A DNA stretch of 63,722 nucleotides, filler included, from Aduncisulcus paluster (taxonomy: Eukaryota), in NCBI GenBank assembly GCA_024181965.1. It is 7 parts of 7 records of this genome, joined end to end, with 100 filler letters (N's around TTAATTAATTAA, not from the genome) between each part and the next. Parts side by side here need not be neighbours in the genome. Positions count along the whole stretch, not along the records: positions 20,117 to 28,298 come from BQXS01010992.1; positions 28,399 to 41,522 come from BQXS01010993.1; 5 more parts are not named here. One strand, written 5' to 3'. The translations under genes and the position numbers were made by a program. The notes beneath the pieces were generated by a model. That model did no database searches, had not been told where the DNA came from, and saw nothing but the letters and a program-made list of their open reading frames with translations. Below, piece by piece: positions 24,801 through 34,654 of this stretch. Each line of letters opens with the position of its first letter. Positions within the stretch are counted from its first letter, which is position 1.

Positions 24801-27800
24801 GCAATTCTGAGCGTCTCACCCAAGAGTCGAGCTGTTTGAGTTGTCCCTCATCGTACTACTGTCCTATTGGAGGCATGGATGATGGATATGTGTATAAATG
24901 CAATGCAGGATGTTATTGTACCGGAGGAAGTGATGTTGCTTGTCAATACATGGTGGACAAAGGATATTACTCAACCGAGGGATCCAACAGTCAATCTAAC
25001 TGTGGCCCTGGGACATATGCTCCCGAGAAAGGAATGGATGAGTGTCTGACGTGTCCTGCTGGTTACTATTGTCCCGACAGTGTCAATATTACTCCCACCG
25101 AGTGTGGTGACGGCCGTGTTTGTGCTGCTGGCAGTTCTGATAATAATACAAAGTGCTCTGCCGGGAAAGTAGGAATTACCCCAACAGCTGAGAATGATGA
25201 TGATTGTGCCACGTGTCCAGCTGGAAAATACTGCCCATCCGGTGTGACCCTTGCAAACATTTCTGGGACCAATTATGACTGCATTTCTGGATATATCTGT
25301 TATGGTGGTAATTCGTCTTCCATTGGTGACGGTAAATGTCCGGCTGGGTATTACTGTCCATCAGGAACCTCCTTACCCATTCCATGCGCTGTAGGTACCT
25401 TCAATGATACAATTGGTGGTTCGAATAGCAACGCATGCACCACTTGTACTGCGACATATTATTGTTCATCTCCAGCTATGTCCTCAGCCCCCACACTGAA
25501 GTGTTCTGATGGGTATGTCTGTGAGGAAGGCCAAGTTGTTCCAAACCCTAATGGAACAGTCGCCAGTGGGGGATATGTATGTCCCGAGGGATTCATGTGC
25601 ACTGAAGGAGTCAAGTCTCCTTGTCACAATGGGTTTTACCAGGACAGTGAAGGCCAGTCTTCATGCCTGACCTGTCCCGCTGGTTATTACTGTCCTTCTG
25701 ACGCTACCAACGGTATTATTTCTCCAACTCCCTGTGACGAAGGATATTATTGTCAATCTGGTTCTGCTTCGATGCAAGAATGTCCTGTTGGAACCTACGG
25801 GAAGACAGCATATTTGACTGCTGAATCTGAATGTTCTGACTGTTTGGCAGGGAAATATTGTCCAAATACACACATGACATTCACAGACGTTGATGCCTTG
25901 GATTGTAGAGCGGGATATATGTGTGTGACTGGATGTTCGAATGATACTTGTTCGACTGGAATCGCAACAAAAGAAGGTGGATCCTGTCCTGCTGGTTCGT
26001 ATTGTATTGCTGGATCCTCGGCTGGTACGCCCTGTCCAATGGGAACGTACAATCCATTGACAGGGAGTGTTGATTCTAATGCATGTATCTCCTGCCAAGA
26101 AGGCTATTATTGTCCGATCACTGGTATGATCATTGACACTGACTTCATATGCCCTGCTGGATATGTCTGTAACTCAAGATGTACGACAGCCAATCCCGTT
26201 GATGGTAACTCATGTGCTGCGAGCGGAACGTGCACAACTGAAGAAGGGTCAATCTGTCCCGTTGGATATGCATGTCCTGAAGGAACCACTATGTCTGGTC
26301 TTCAAGCTTTCAAGTGCTCTGGCGACAGTCTCTATTCCCCAAGTACTGGTCTGAGTTCATGTTTAGATTGTCCTTCTGGGTATTACTGTGCGTATGATTC
26401 CAAAACCATCTGTGAAGTTGGGAATTACTGTCAATTGGGAGTCAAGACCCAGTGTTCACCCGGAACATACGCGAATAACACTGGAACGCGTGAGTGTTTA
26501 CCCTGTCCGGCTGGATATTACTGTCCAGGCTATGAAGTATCAAATCCAACTGATTGTCCCGTCGGTAATTACTGTATCCAAGGTAGTGATTCTCCAACCG
26601 TTTGTCCGATTGGAACGTATAACCCGAACACTCTGAGCAAGAGTATTGGAGCCTGCTCCTTCTGTACAAAGGGTCATTACTGTCCCACTTCTGGATTGAG
26701 TGCCGTTGACTCTGGATTGACAATTCTTGGAGGATATTTCTGTGAGTATGGATGTGCTGACAACATGGGAGCTGGTCGCAGTGGTGCTGTACTTTTCGAA
26801 GACTACAATGGTGGAGAATGTCCTATTGGATATTATTGTCCAGCTGCTGACACTGACAGTCCCATCGCCTGTGAGGAAGGAACATACCAGACAACTTCAA
26901 ACCAAACATCATGCATCCAATGTGACAATGGACATTACTGCGCTGGAATAGCCAATATCGCTGTCAGTGGTGTATGTGAACCTGGATTTAAGTGTGAGGA
27001 TGGCGCAATCACTCCAACGCCAACTGAAGCCAGTGATGGTGGAAGCCTCTGTTCCAAGGGTCATTATTGTCCCAATGCTGACGGAATATTCACCGAGCAG
27101 CCCTGTCCAATTGGAACCTATGGAGATCGAGAGGGATTGTCCGAGTGTATGCCTTGTCCATCTGGATATTCCTGTGAGGCCGAGGCCACCGAGACTCCAA
27201 CTAAGTGTGTTTCTGGTCATTATTGTATTGGGTATAATTCATATGGTGCTGCTACGTATAGTGATCCAGTTGCTTGTCCTGTTGGAACATATGGTGCAGA
27301 CAAGACAGGGATGACTGCTGTCGACCAATGTGAAGAGTGTCCACCTGGTCTTGCATGTACTGTCGAAGGAATCGAAGGAAGATCAGACCTCCAGATTAGT
27401 GAATGTGAAGCTGGATATTACTGTGGTGGAGGGAGTATCAGCACACAACCCTCAGATCCCCTTGACACTAATAATGGTATCTGTCCTGCTGGAACTTACT
27501 GTGATGCTGCATCTGATCACCCAATTCCCTGTAGTCGAGGCACATTCGCTGCTCTCGAGAAGAACAATGGTGGTTTGGGTTGTATTTCCTGCACTGCTGG
27601 TCATTATTGTGCAGATGAAGGTATGGATGATGTCAGTGGTGAGTGCTCTGAAGGCTATTATTGTGATGCTTCGGCCGAGGCCACATCCGCCACTCCAAAG
27701 GAATATATATGTCCTGTTGGTTCCATGTGTGAGAAGGCCACTGTTGATCACGTCGTCTGTCCTGCTGGTTACTACACTGATGAAGTTGGACAGAGTGAGT

Positions 27801-28298
27801 GCACAGAGTGCCCTGAAGGCTATTTTTGTACAGGTGGATCTCACCGTGTGTCCTGTCCTGCAGGGCACTATTGTGCTGCTGGCTGTAGCTCTCCAGTTAA
27901 ATGCCCTGATGGATATTATAGCAATGGCACTACTGGACTCATTGATGAGGACCAGTGTCTCCCTTGTCCCGTGGGTCATTACTGTGTGTTTGAAGAAGAT
28001 GTCGCCAGTGAACCCGATTGTTGGGATGAGTCTGATGATTATTGTGTGTCTGTGACGACTGATATCTGTGACGCAGGATACATCTGTCGTTCAGCTTCCT
28101 ATACCCCCACTCCTGGTAAGTTGGATGACCCTGTGCTTTCCTTGATGCCAGCAACTATCGGAGAACCATGCCCAATCGGATTCATCTGCAGTGCCGGATG
28201 TGATACCCCTACATTCTGTACAACAACGAACACTTGGACATTCACAGTTGGATGTTCTTCTGAAGACGACTGTCAGCCTTGCCAGAGTGGATTCATAT
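21803..28298 (+). CDS. Giant secreted/surface cysteine-rich protein with GCC2/GCC3 (ephrin-receptor-like) repeats, 3'-partial
   Basis: More than 2160 aa open to the scaffold end. Signal-peptide-like N-terminus (likely start MKQLFN at 21830). Dozens of CPxG[YF]YC and CxxGTY motifs. Confidence 0.9.
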
Positions 28299-28398
28299 NN
28301 NNNNNNNNNNNNNNNNNNNNNNNNNNNNNNNNNNNNNNNNNNTTAATTAATTAANNNNNNNNNNNNNNNNNNNNNNNNNNNNNNNNNNNNNNNNNNNN
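28299..28398. other. Artificial scaffold linker
   Basis: N44-TTAATTAATTAA-N44. Confidence 0.98.
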
Positions 28399-28996
28399 CG
28401 AATACATTGAGCTGATGCTTCTATTCTCCTCCAATTTCCCCCAATCTTTCCATCTTCGCCTTCTCTTCCTCCTTCTCTCGTCGCCCCATACGAGTCCGCT
28501 TGAACAAACCCGTGTTAAGCAGGACATCATGTCGACATTTGTCCATCTCACCACATCCTACCGTGTTGACGAGTCCTCTTTCGAGCTTGCGTCCCTGGAG
28601 GAATGTCTTCTCAAGGACATGTCACACTCCTTTCTGTCCTCGTCATATGTACGTGTGCTCCGCTGTCTGCTCGCATCCACTCACTTCTCCTTCTCCTCCC
28701 ACCGTCCGTCCATGGAAGCACATGCTGCGCTCGCACGTGTGATGCTTGTGACCGGTGTGTCTCAGCCCATTGCCACGACCTTGTTGGACATGATCGAGAG
28801 ATTGTCCTCGAAGGCACACCGAGACTCTGTGGCTGCGCGGTATGAAAGTCAAGAAAAGTCGCCGCTGCTTGTTCTCTGGGAAGCATTGAGGAAAGAGGTT
28901 GAGCGAGTGATGGCTGATCTTGGTGACGAGGGAGTGAAGAAGGAAGTCGAGCAGTGGCTACACTGTGTCAAACAAGCCGTTGAGAAACGGTTGTAG
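28399..28996 (+). CDS. Hypothetical alpha-helical protein, C-terminal fragment, multicopy
   Basis: Open from the scaffold start to TAG at 28996. The same protein is encoded on the minus strand at 39910-40394 and 40772-41522. Confidence 0.7.
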
Positions 28997-29000
28997 CCAT

Positions 29001-29099
29001 CTGTCGACCGTCTGGCACCCTTCTGGCACCCTTCTGGCACCCTTCTGGCACCCTTCTGGCATCCTTCTGGCACCCGTCTGGCACCCGTCTGGCAACCGG
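29001..29099 (+). repeat. 11-bp minisatellite (TCTGGCACCCT)n immediately after the stop codon
   Basis: About 9 units here versus 5 units in each right-hand copy (about 39855-39907 and 40717-40769). Confidence 0.95.
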
Positions 29100-29775
29100 C
29101 TGTCCATTGTAAGGATGAGAGAGACAGAGTGTGTGTTTGTATGGAATGTATAAAAGCATTATTAAATCTGCCCATATCATATCATATTGTCATCCTTTGA
29201 GTCCACCAGAATAGACATCATGAAATGGCACAAGGACGTGTGCTGGTGGTCGGAAACAATATGATTTATTTTGGGGTGAGAAACTAAAGGGCTAAAAATA
29301 TCCCAATAAGCCTTATGCAATAAGCTGTCTTCGATCTAGATAGAGAATTTATTTGGGTTATCAAATATGATATCGTTCTTTAAAAGAACTTCTTTTTTAG
29401 TATATTTCTTTTCAATTTGAGGGCAATCAAATACCCATAATACAAATTATTTGCTTCTTATTTGAAGCAAAACCCTCATGATTGGTTGTAATACATCAGC
29501 ATTCCTGAGAACCCAGAATATTCATAGAGAGTGTTCAAAGTAAATATTGAATCATAATTCTGAGATTGAAGTGAACAAAAAAAAAAAAAAAAAAAGAATG
29601 ATAAATATTACCAATGAATTATTGGCATGCCAAAAGGGAAAAATAAAAATAAAATTCTGGAAATACCAAAGAATTAGGAAATGGAATAAAAACAGAAATA
29701 AAGTAAAATATACTTTATAATAACAATAATAAAAAAATTGAAATGCACATCCAAACCCCTCCCAAAAGTCACAGA

Positions 29776-31347
29776 TTAACCAAGGAAATCTGAGCAAATG
29801 GTTGAGCTATTGCTAGAATCTGTTGAAGAGATGACAGATGAAGAATATGGGTATTGGTTAGGATCAGAGTCCAAAGATACGGAGTTGATACAAACATCTC
29901 CAATGAGAGCAACATAATTGTCTCCATAAAACGCCACCTCGTTGCACATGTATCCGTTTCCAATGACAATGTTCTCGATACAGAACTGTGAAGCAAATGA
30001 AGAGAGGGCTGGAACGAATTGAGCAGAAGTGAATAGAAGGTAGACAAGTTGGAGACCAAGAGGATTTACAGTGCCAGCACCAACAAGAACCTCATCTATG
30101 GAGCACGTGTAAATGTCAAAATCAAAGAAAATGGCGTTGGAATCTTGACTATAGACAGGGAATGTCACAAACACAATGGAAGCATTAGCTGACACAACAG
30201 TAGTCCACTCAGAATCAGTGGAAGCCTTTTGATCAATGCTAATAGAACCAGAGAAGGCTAATTCAACGGCAGAGGCAATGAGAGACGATTGAGGGAGCTC
30301 CAAAGCGTTCCAGGAGAGCCTGCTCTGGCATGAATCGTCATCTGTAAAGCACATACCTTCAATTTCTTGACCAGAAGCAACCAGAACCTCCAAAGATGAA
30401 GATTGAATGTCCCCCTGATAACTGAATACATCTTGATAGTAGAATATCCAAATCAGAGAGTCTACATAATCAAGATCGTATATCCTCTGAAGTCCATTAG
30501 ATCCAACGACATCAGGAATGTTATTTTCATACTGCCGAGTGTAGAGAGGAGTATTGCTCTGAACCCAGACGTATGAGTAAGGCATACTCATATATTGGGC
30601 AGTAAAGACAGGATCAGACACAAGACGTTCATCCAGACCGCTAGTCACATCACCATTGACAACCTGCTTACACGTAGGACCATTTCTAATGGCGGCGTTC
30701 ACCATAGTCTCAAGAGTCATCTGAAGAGCAGCCTCAACGGTAGATTCGAGCAGATAAGTTAGGGAATCTGTCATGGCCCCAATAATGGCACTGTAGAGTT
30801 CTTCCATATTTCCGTGCATGACAATAGATAAAGAGGAGATGTTAAATTCATCCTCAACAACCTTTAAGGTCTGAAGACCATCATCACCGGCAGTAACATT
30901 CACAATAAGGTAAAAATAAGCATCTGAAATTGAAACATCCAATTCACCACCATCTGACATATAAGGAAAAGATTTTTGTTTGAAATCCCACTGAAAAGTG
31001 AGACGAATCTCAAGATCAGTGGCTTTTGCAGTAATACCAATTCCATCAGAAAATCCAAGATCCACATCCCCAATATAAAATGTGGTAAATGCTCCATCAT
31101 TTAAATCAAAGGCAATAGTGCCGATAGGAGTCTGCAATGTGAAACTTGTGTTGGGAATCGACATTTCAGACATTGATTGGACAATGGCTTCTTTAAACAT
31201 ATCACAATAAATATTGATAGCATCAAGAGTCATAATTTCATTGCCTCCATAATAATCATGGAAACTGGCATCATCTCCTTTCACAGAAAAAAAGATAGTG
31301 AATAAAAAAAGAAAAATAACGACGAGATTGGAGCTCAAAGATATCAT
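29776..31347 (-). CDS. BPI/LBP/CETP (TULIP) family lipid-binding protein, secreted
   Basis: Signal peptide MISLSSNLVVIFLFLFTIFFSVKG. BPI N-terminal domain pattern: TLDAINIYC...MSIPNTSF...IGTIAFDL...LTFQWDFKQ...SDGGELDVSIS...ISSLSIVMHG...LYSAII. About 523 aa, the size of a two-domain BPI protein. Confidence 0.85.
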   Translation of the reverse strand: MISLSSNLVVIFLFLFTIFFSVKGDDASFHDYYGGNEIMTLDAINIYCDMFKEAIVQSMSEMSIPNTSFTLQTPIGTIAFDLNDGAFTTFYIGDVDLGFSDGIGITAKATDLEIRLTFQWDFKQKSFPYMSDGGELDVSISDAYFYLIVNVTAGDDGLQTLKVVEDEFNISSLSIVMHGNMEELYSAIIGAMTDSLTYLLESTVEAALQMTLETMVNAAIRNGPTCKQVVNGDVTSGLDERLVSDPVFTAQYMSMPYSYVWVQSNTPLYTRQYENNIPDVVGSNGLQRIYDLDYVDSLIWIFYYQDVFSYQGDIQSSSLEVLVASGQEIEGMCFTDDDSCQSRLSWNALELPQSSLIASAVELAFSGSISIDQKASTDSEWTTVVSANASIVFVTFPVYSQDSNAIFFDFDIYTCSIDEVLVGAGTVNPLGLQLVYLLFTSAQFVPALSSFASQFCIENIVIGNGYMCNEVAFYGDNYVALIGDVCINSVSLDSDPNQYPYSSSVISSTDSSNSSTICSDFLG

Positions 31348-31599
31348 TCTAATAATATTAATATTAGACAAAACGAAATAAAACAGAGCTAGACAAAAAC
31401 AAGAGTATGATGTCGGCGTGGGCAAAATGAAGTTGAAGGGGACAAGAAAATTACGAAAAATTGTCAAGAAAAAAAATACAACTTCAATTAAATGAATAAT
31501 TAAATTGTATAAAATCATGGTGAAATTAGATACATCAAGATAAATAATCAAATAAAAATTAAAATCATCCAAGACAAAATACCTAAAGTAAGAAAAAGG

Positions 31600-32001
31600 T
31601 TAAAGAGTAGAATAGCATTTCAAACTTCCACAAATTCGTTTTCTTTCTCCATATTCCATTTTTTTCCAACATTTCCCGAGTTTTCCACATACACAACAAA
31701 TTGAGGAAGATTCATTTATAGGATCAAGTTTAATGGGCTTTCCAAACTCATATAATTTGTGTAAAGAAGGATCTTTTGATGATATTGCAATAATATGGTT
31801 TTTAACATGGATTGTGGCAACGATGTTTTGAGGGGGAAAGATAGAATCTGGTAACTTTTCTAAAAGTTTTACAATCTTTTTCTTGCGGCCTCTTTTATCT
31901 TTTTGTTCAGGATTAAGTAATTTTTCAACTATTTCTTTGGCTACAGCAATATCTTTCTTTCTTTGATATTTACGACGTTTTTCAGTTTTTTTGGAGGCCA
32001 T
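31600..32001 (-). CDS. INO80 complex subunit B (Ies2/PAPA-1)-like protein with C-terminal HIT-type zinc finger
   Basis: KKTEKRRKYQRKK...KEIVEKLL matches the PAPA-1 helix. C-terminal CCVCG...ICGSLKCYSTL. Confidence 0.6.
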   Translation of the reverse strand: MASKKTEKRRKYQRKKDIAVAKEIVEKLLNPEQKDKRGRKKKIVKLLEKLPDSIFPPQNIVATIHVKNHIIAISSKDPSLHKLYEFGKPIKLDPINESSSICCVCGKLGKCWKKMEYGERKRICGSLKCYSTL

Positions 32002-32249
32002 TTCAAAGTTTTATAGCTAAATTATGAAAAGTATTAGAGGAAAAAAATCACCTTCAATAAGGTCAATCCAATTAGAGTCAATTTCCGTTCGTCATCATCA
32101 TCACAGCAATCGTTGTAAATATTTCGGAAGTTAATTAATTGGCATAATAAATGTCCAGCATCAATCATAAATAAAGAACAATTAGTATATTGTTATGGCT
32201 ACATTCATCCAAACTTTCAAATTGTCAGTTTTGTCTCGTTATCTGCATT

Positions 32250-33389
32250 ATGCTTGAGCAAGAGGATAAAATAGGTGACCATTTGGATAAACAATTCAAA
32301 AATTGTATTCATCTTATAAAATGTCACCTATCTAAATCCCAAGATATAAAGAACAATCCTGTTTTAGTTCGAAAATGGGTGTCATTTCTCGTTTCAAGAG
32401 TGTATCCCACCATTCCTTTTCGAATTACTCGTAATAGATATGCAATTCTCCTTTTAGTCTATACTATAATGAACATTTATCAGGAACCCTTCTCAAAACA
32501 ACCTCCAGAGGAAGATTTACCCGCTTCATTTCCTTCTTGTTATTTTATTTACTTGCCAGATTGTTTTTGTCCCTCATCAGGGCCCATATGTCCGATTGTT
32601 GAGGTGGAAGATCTTGAGAATGAAGTTATTAAAAGTGCACATACTTCTGTCTATGTTCATACCAAACATCTTCCAAAAATGGATCCTAATGTTTCTCAAT
32701 CGATGCGGATGTCTCTTAGAATGCTTCATGATGAGAGAGAGGAGAAGGATAAGGAAAGATTATCTCATTCTCAAATGATGTCATCTTCAACAACTTCATC
32801 ATTCTCCACTATTTCATCCTCCCTTAGTTCAACAACCAAATCGACAACGTCATCTCAGGGATTTTCTGGACAGAACTCAATTTCTTTGCTCCAAGGATCT
32901 AGTTGGTTGAGTAAGTCATCAGTATCGCCTTCTAAAATCATGGAACGCTCACAAATACCTATTGATGCTTCTAAAAAACTTCTTTCAATTGATTATCTTA
33001 CATCGAAAAAGGGAAAATTAGGCATGCCATCGCCAAGTAGGATTGAGGCATCTCGTGCTTTTTCTCGCCGACAAGCTGCCCTAAAGGAATCATTTGGGGA
33101 TTCTATTGGTGAAATTGATGAAGATTCACATGCTTCTCTGTTATTCCCAGCTGTTTCTACTCCGAGCAGTTTCGTTCGTTCTCCTGGTCGGAGCAAAATT
33201 GGAGATTTTATGAGTTTACAACATGAAACAAAGAGTTCTGAGCCCATCGCTCGGTCTTATGGTGATTCACCATCCTTATCCCATGCTTTTGTCCCTTCAT
33301 CAGTGCCAACATCGGAAAGAACAATAGCAGACACAAATAGTCCGATGAAGGGCATATACATCAAAGAACTTCAAAGCGATGCATTATAA
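32250..33389 (+). CDS. DUF4485 (CEP112 N-terminal-like) domain protein
   Basis: LDKQF...VRKWVSFL...TRNRYAILLL...EPFSKQPPEEDLP, followed by a Ser-rich disordered tail. First ATG is at 32250. Confidence 0.75.
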   Translation: MLEQEDKIGDHLDKQFKNCIHLIKCHLSKSQDIKNNPVLVRKWVSFLVSRVYPTIPFRITRNRYAILLLVYTIMNIYQEPFSKQPPEEDLPASFPSCYFIYLPDCFCPSSGPICPIVEVEDLENEVIKSAHTSVYVHTKHLPKMDPNVSQSMRMSLRMLHDEREEKDKERLSHSQMMSSSTTSSFSTISSSLSSTTKSTTSSQGFSGQNSISLLQGSSWLSKSSVSPSKIMERSQIPIDASKKLLSIDYLTSKKGKLGMPSPSRIEASRAFSRRQAALKESFGDSIGEIDEDSHASLLFPAVSTPSSFVRSPGRSKIGDFMSLQHETKSSEPIARSYGDSPSLSHAFVPSSVPTSERTIADTNSPMKGIYIKELQSDAL

Positions 33390-33722
33390 TTTTTGTTTTT
33401 TAATTATATTAAGCGTTCTGGTCCCTGTTAATTTCCTTACTCGACTATGGACTTGGATATGTCGAGATGATATATTTGCTTGGAGCCCATAGTTTGTTTG
33501 AGCGTAATGGTCAGAATCACATTTCAGTTTTCTTATTTTTATCATGATATTTTTGGACTTTTTTTATTCATTCAAATATTGTGTATTCAGCTAGATTTGG
33601 ATGATAAAACTTATTTTTATAACATTTTTGTTTTATATTGGCGAATGAATAAAACATACTGTCGTAGTTGTTGACTAAACAATCCAAATCACCATTTGGG
33701 GCGGTTACTGTATAGATTTCAA

Positions 33723-34463
33723 ATGAAAAAGAAGTGGTTAGAAAGTAAGGAAACATCAGGAAAATGGAAAGGTCCTGATCTTGCCATGTGGGATCTTGAT
33801 CAATGTGATAGCAAAAGGTGTACAGGAAAACGCCTTGAAAGGTTTGGAGTTCTAAGAAGCTTACATTTATCTTCCTATTTCCCAGGAGTTGTTCTTTCTC
33901 CCGAAGGTAAAAAAGTAATTTCTCCTGCTGATAATGATTTAATCGAGAAATCTGGTTTAGCCGTTATCGATTGTTCTTGGAATGAAATCATTGACGGACG
34001 GGTAAATTTGAAGAAATTAAAGGCTAAAGAACCACGTTTACTTCCCTGGTTAATCGCTGCGAATCCTGTAAATTATGGAAAACCAACTAAATTATCTTGT
34101 GCTGAAGCCCTTGCCGCAGGTCTTTATATCAGTGGTCACAAAGAATCTGCACATGAATTGATGAGTAGATTCAAGTGGGGCCATGCATTTTTTGAAGTGA
34201 ATGAGTGGATGTTAGTCAAGTATGAATTAGCCAAGGATGGTGCTGATATGATCCATATTCAGCAAGAAATCATCGAAGAAGTTGAGAAAGGAAGACATAG
34301 AAAAGATACCACAACTGAAGAAGAACCAATAGAAACTGAAGAGGAAATTGAAGAAGAAGAGGATATTGAAATGGAGGAAGAGCAGAAGAAATGCGAAGAA
34401 GAGGAAAAGAAACGGGCTGTTGAACGAATGATTGAAGAGGAAGAAGACACTGATGAGTGGTGA
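33723..34463 (+). CDS. TSR3: 18S rRNA aminocarboxypropyltransferase TSR3
   Basis: LAMWDLDQCDSKRCTGKRL, ISPAD, IDCSWN, RLLPWLIAANPVNYGKPTKLSCAEALAA, FKWGHAF, plus an acidic tail. Confidence 0.97.
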   Translation: MKKKWLESKETSGKWKGPDLAMWDLDQCDSKRCTGKRLERFGVLRSLHLSSYFPGVVLSPEGKKVISPADNDLIEKSGLAVIDCSWNEIIDGRVNLKKLKAKEPRLLPWLIAANPVNYGKPTKLSCAEALAAGLYISGHKESAHELMSRFKWGHAFFEVNEWMLVKYELAKDGADMIHIQQEIIEEVEKGRHRKDTTTEEEPIETEEEIEEEEDIEMEEEQKKCEEEEKKRAVERMIEEEEDTDEW

Positions 34464-34654
34464 ATTTATATTGTCGACAATATCATATTGTCATTCGAAA
34501 TAAATTCTTATATTGACCATTTTAAATTGTACGAAATATGTAATGAAGAAAAATAAATGTTAATCCCATCAAATTTATTTGGAATAAGCAGAACGAGAAT
34601 GAGAGATGTCAATCATGGTTTTCCTGGTGTAGAGAAATGGTAAATAGTTATTAA

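Larger units (their letters stand above)
28399..29402 (+). repeat. Dispersed ~1-kb repeat, left copy (3' end of a gene, minisatellite and 3' flank)
   Basis: Reverse complement of 40415-41369. The part to about 29300 also matches 39656-40394. Confidence 0.95.

Noticed and set aside
21936-28154. Many overlapping alternative-frame and antisense ORFs (also within other long genes)
   Set aside because: These are shadows of long, codon-biased or low-complexity CDSs and have no independent protein motifs.
29001-29099. Short regular repeats as a possible CRISPR array or telomere
   Set aside because: The 11-bp units are head-to-tail with no spacers, there are no cas genes, and the array is internal, directly behind a stop codon.
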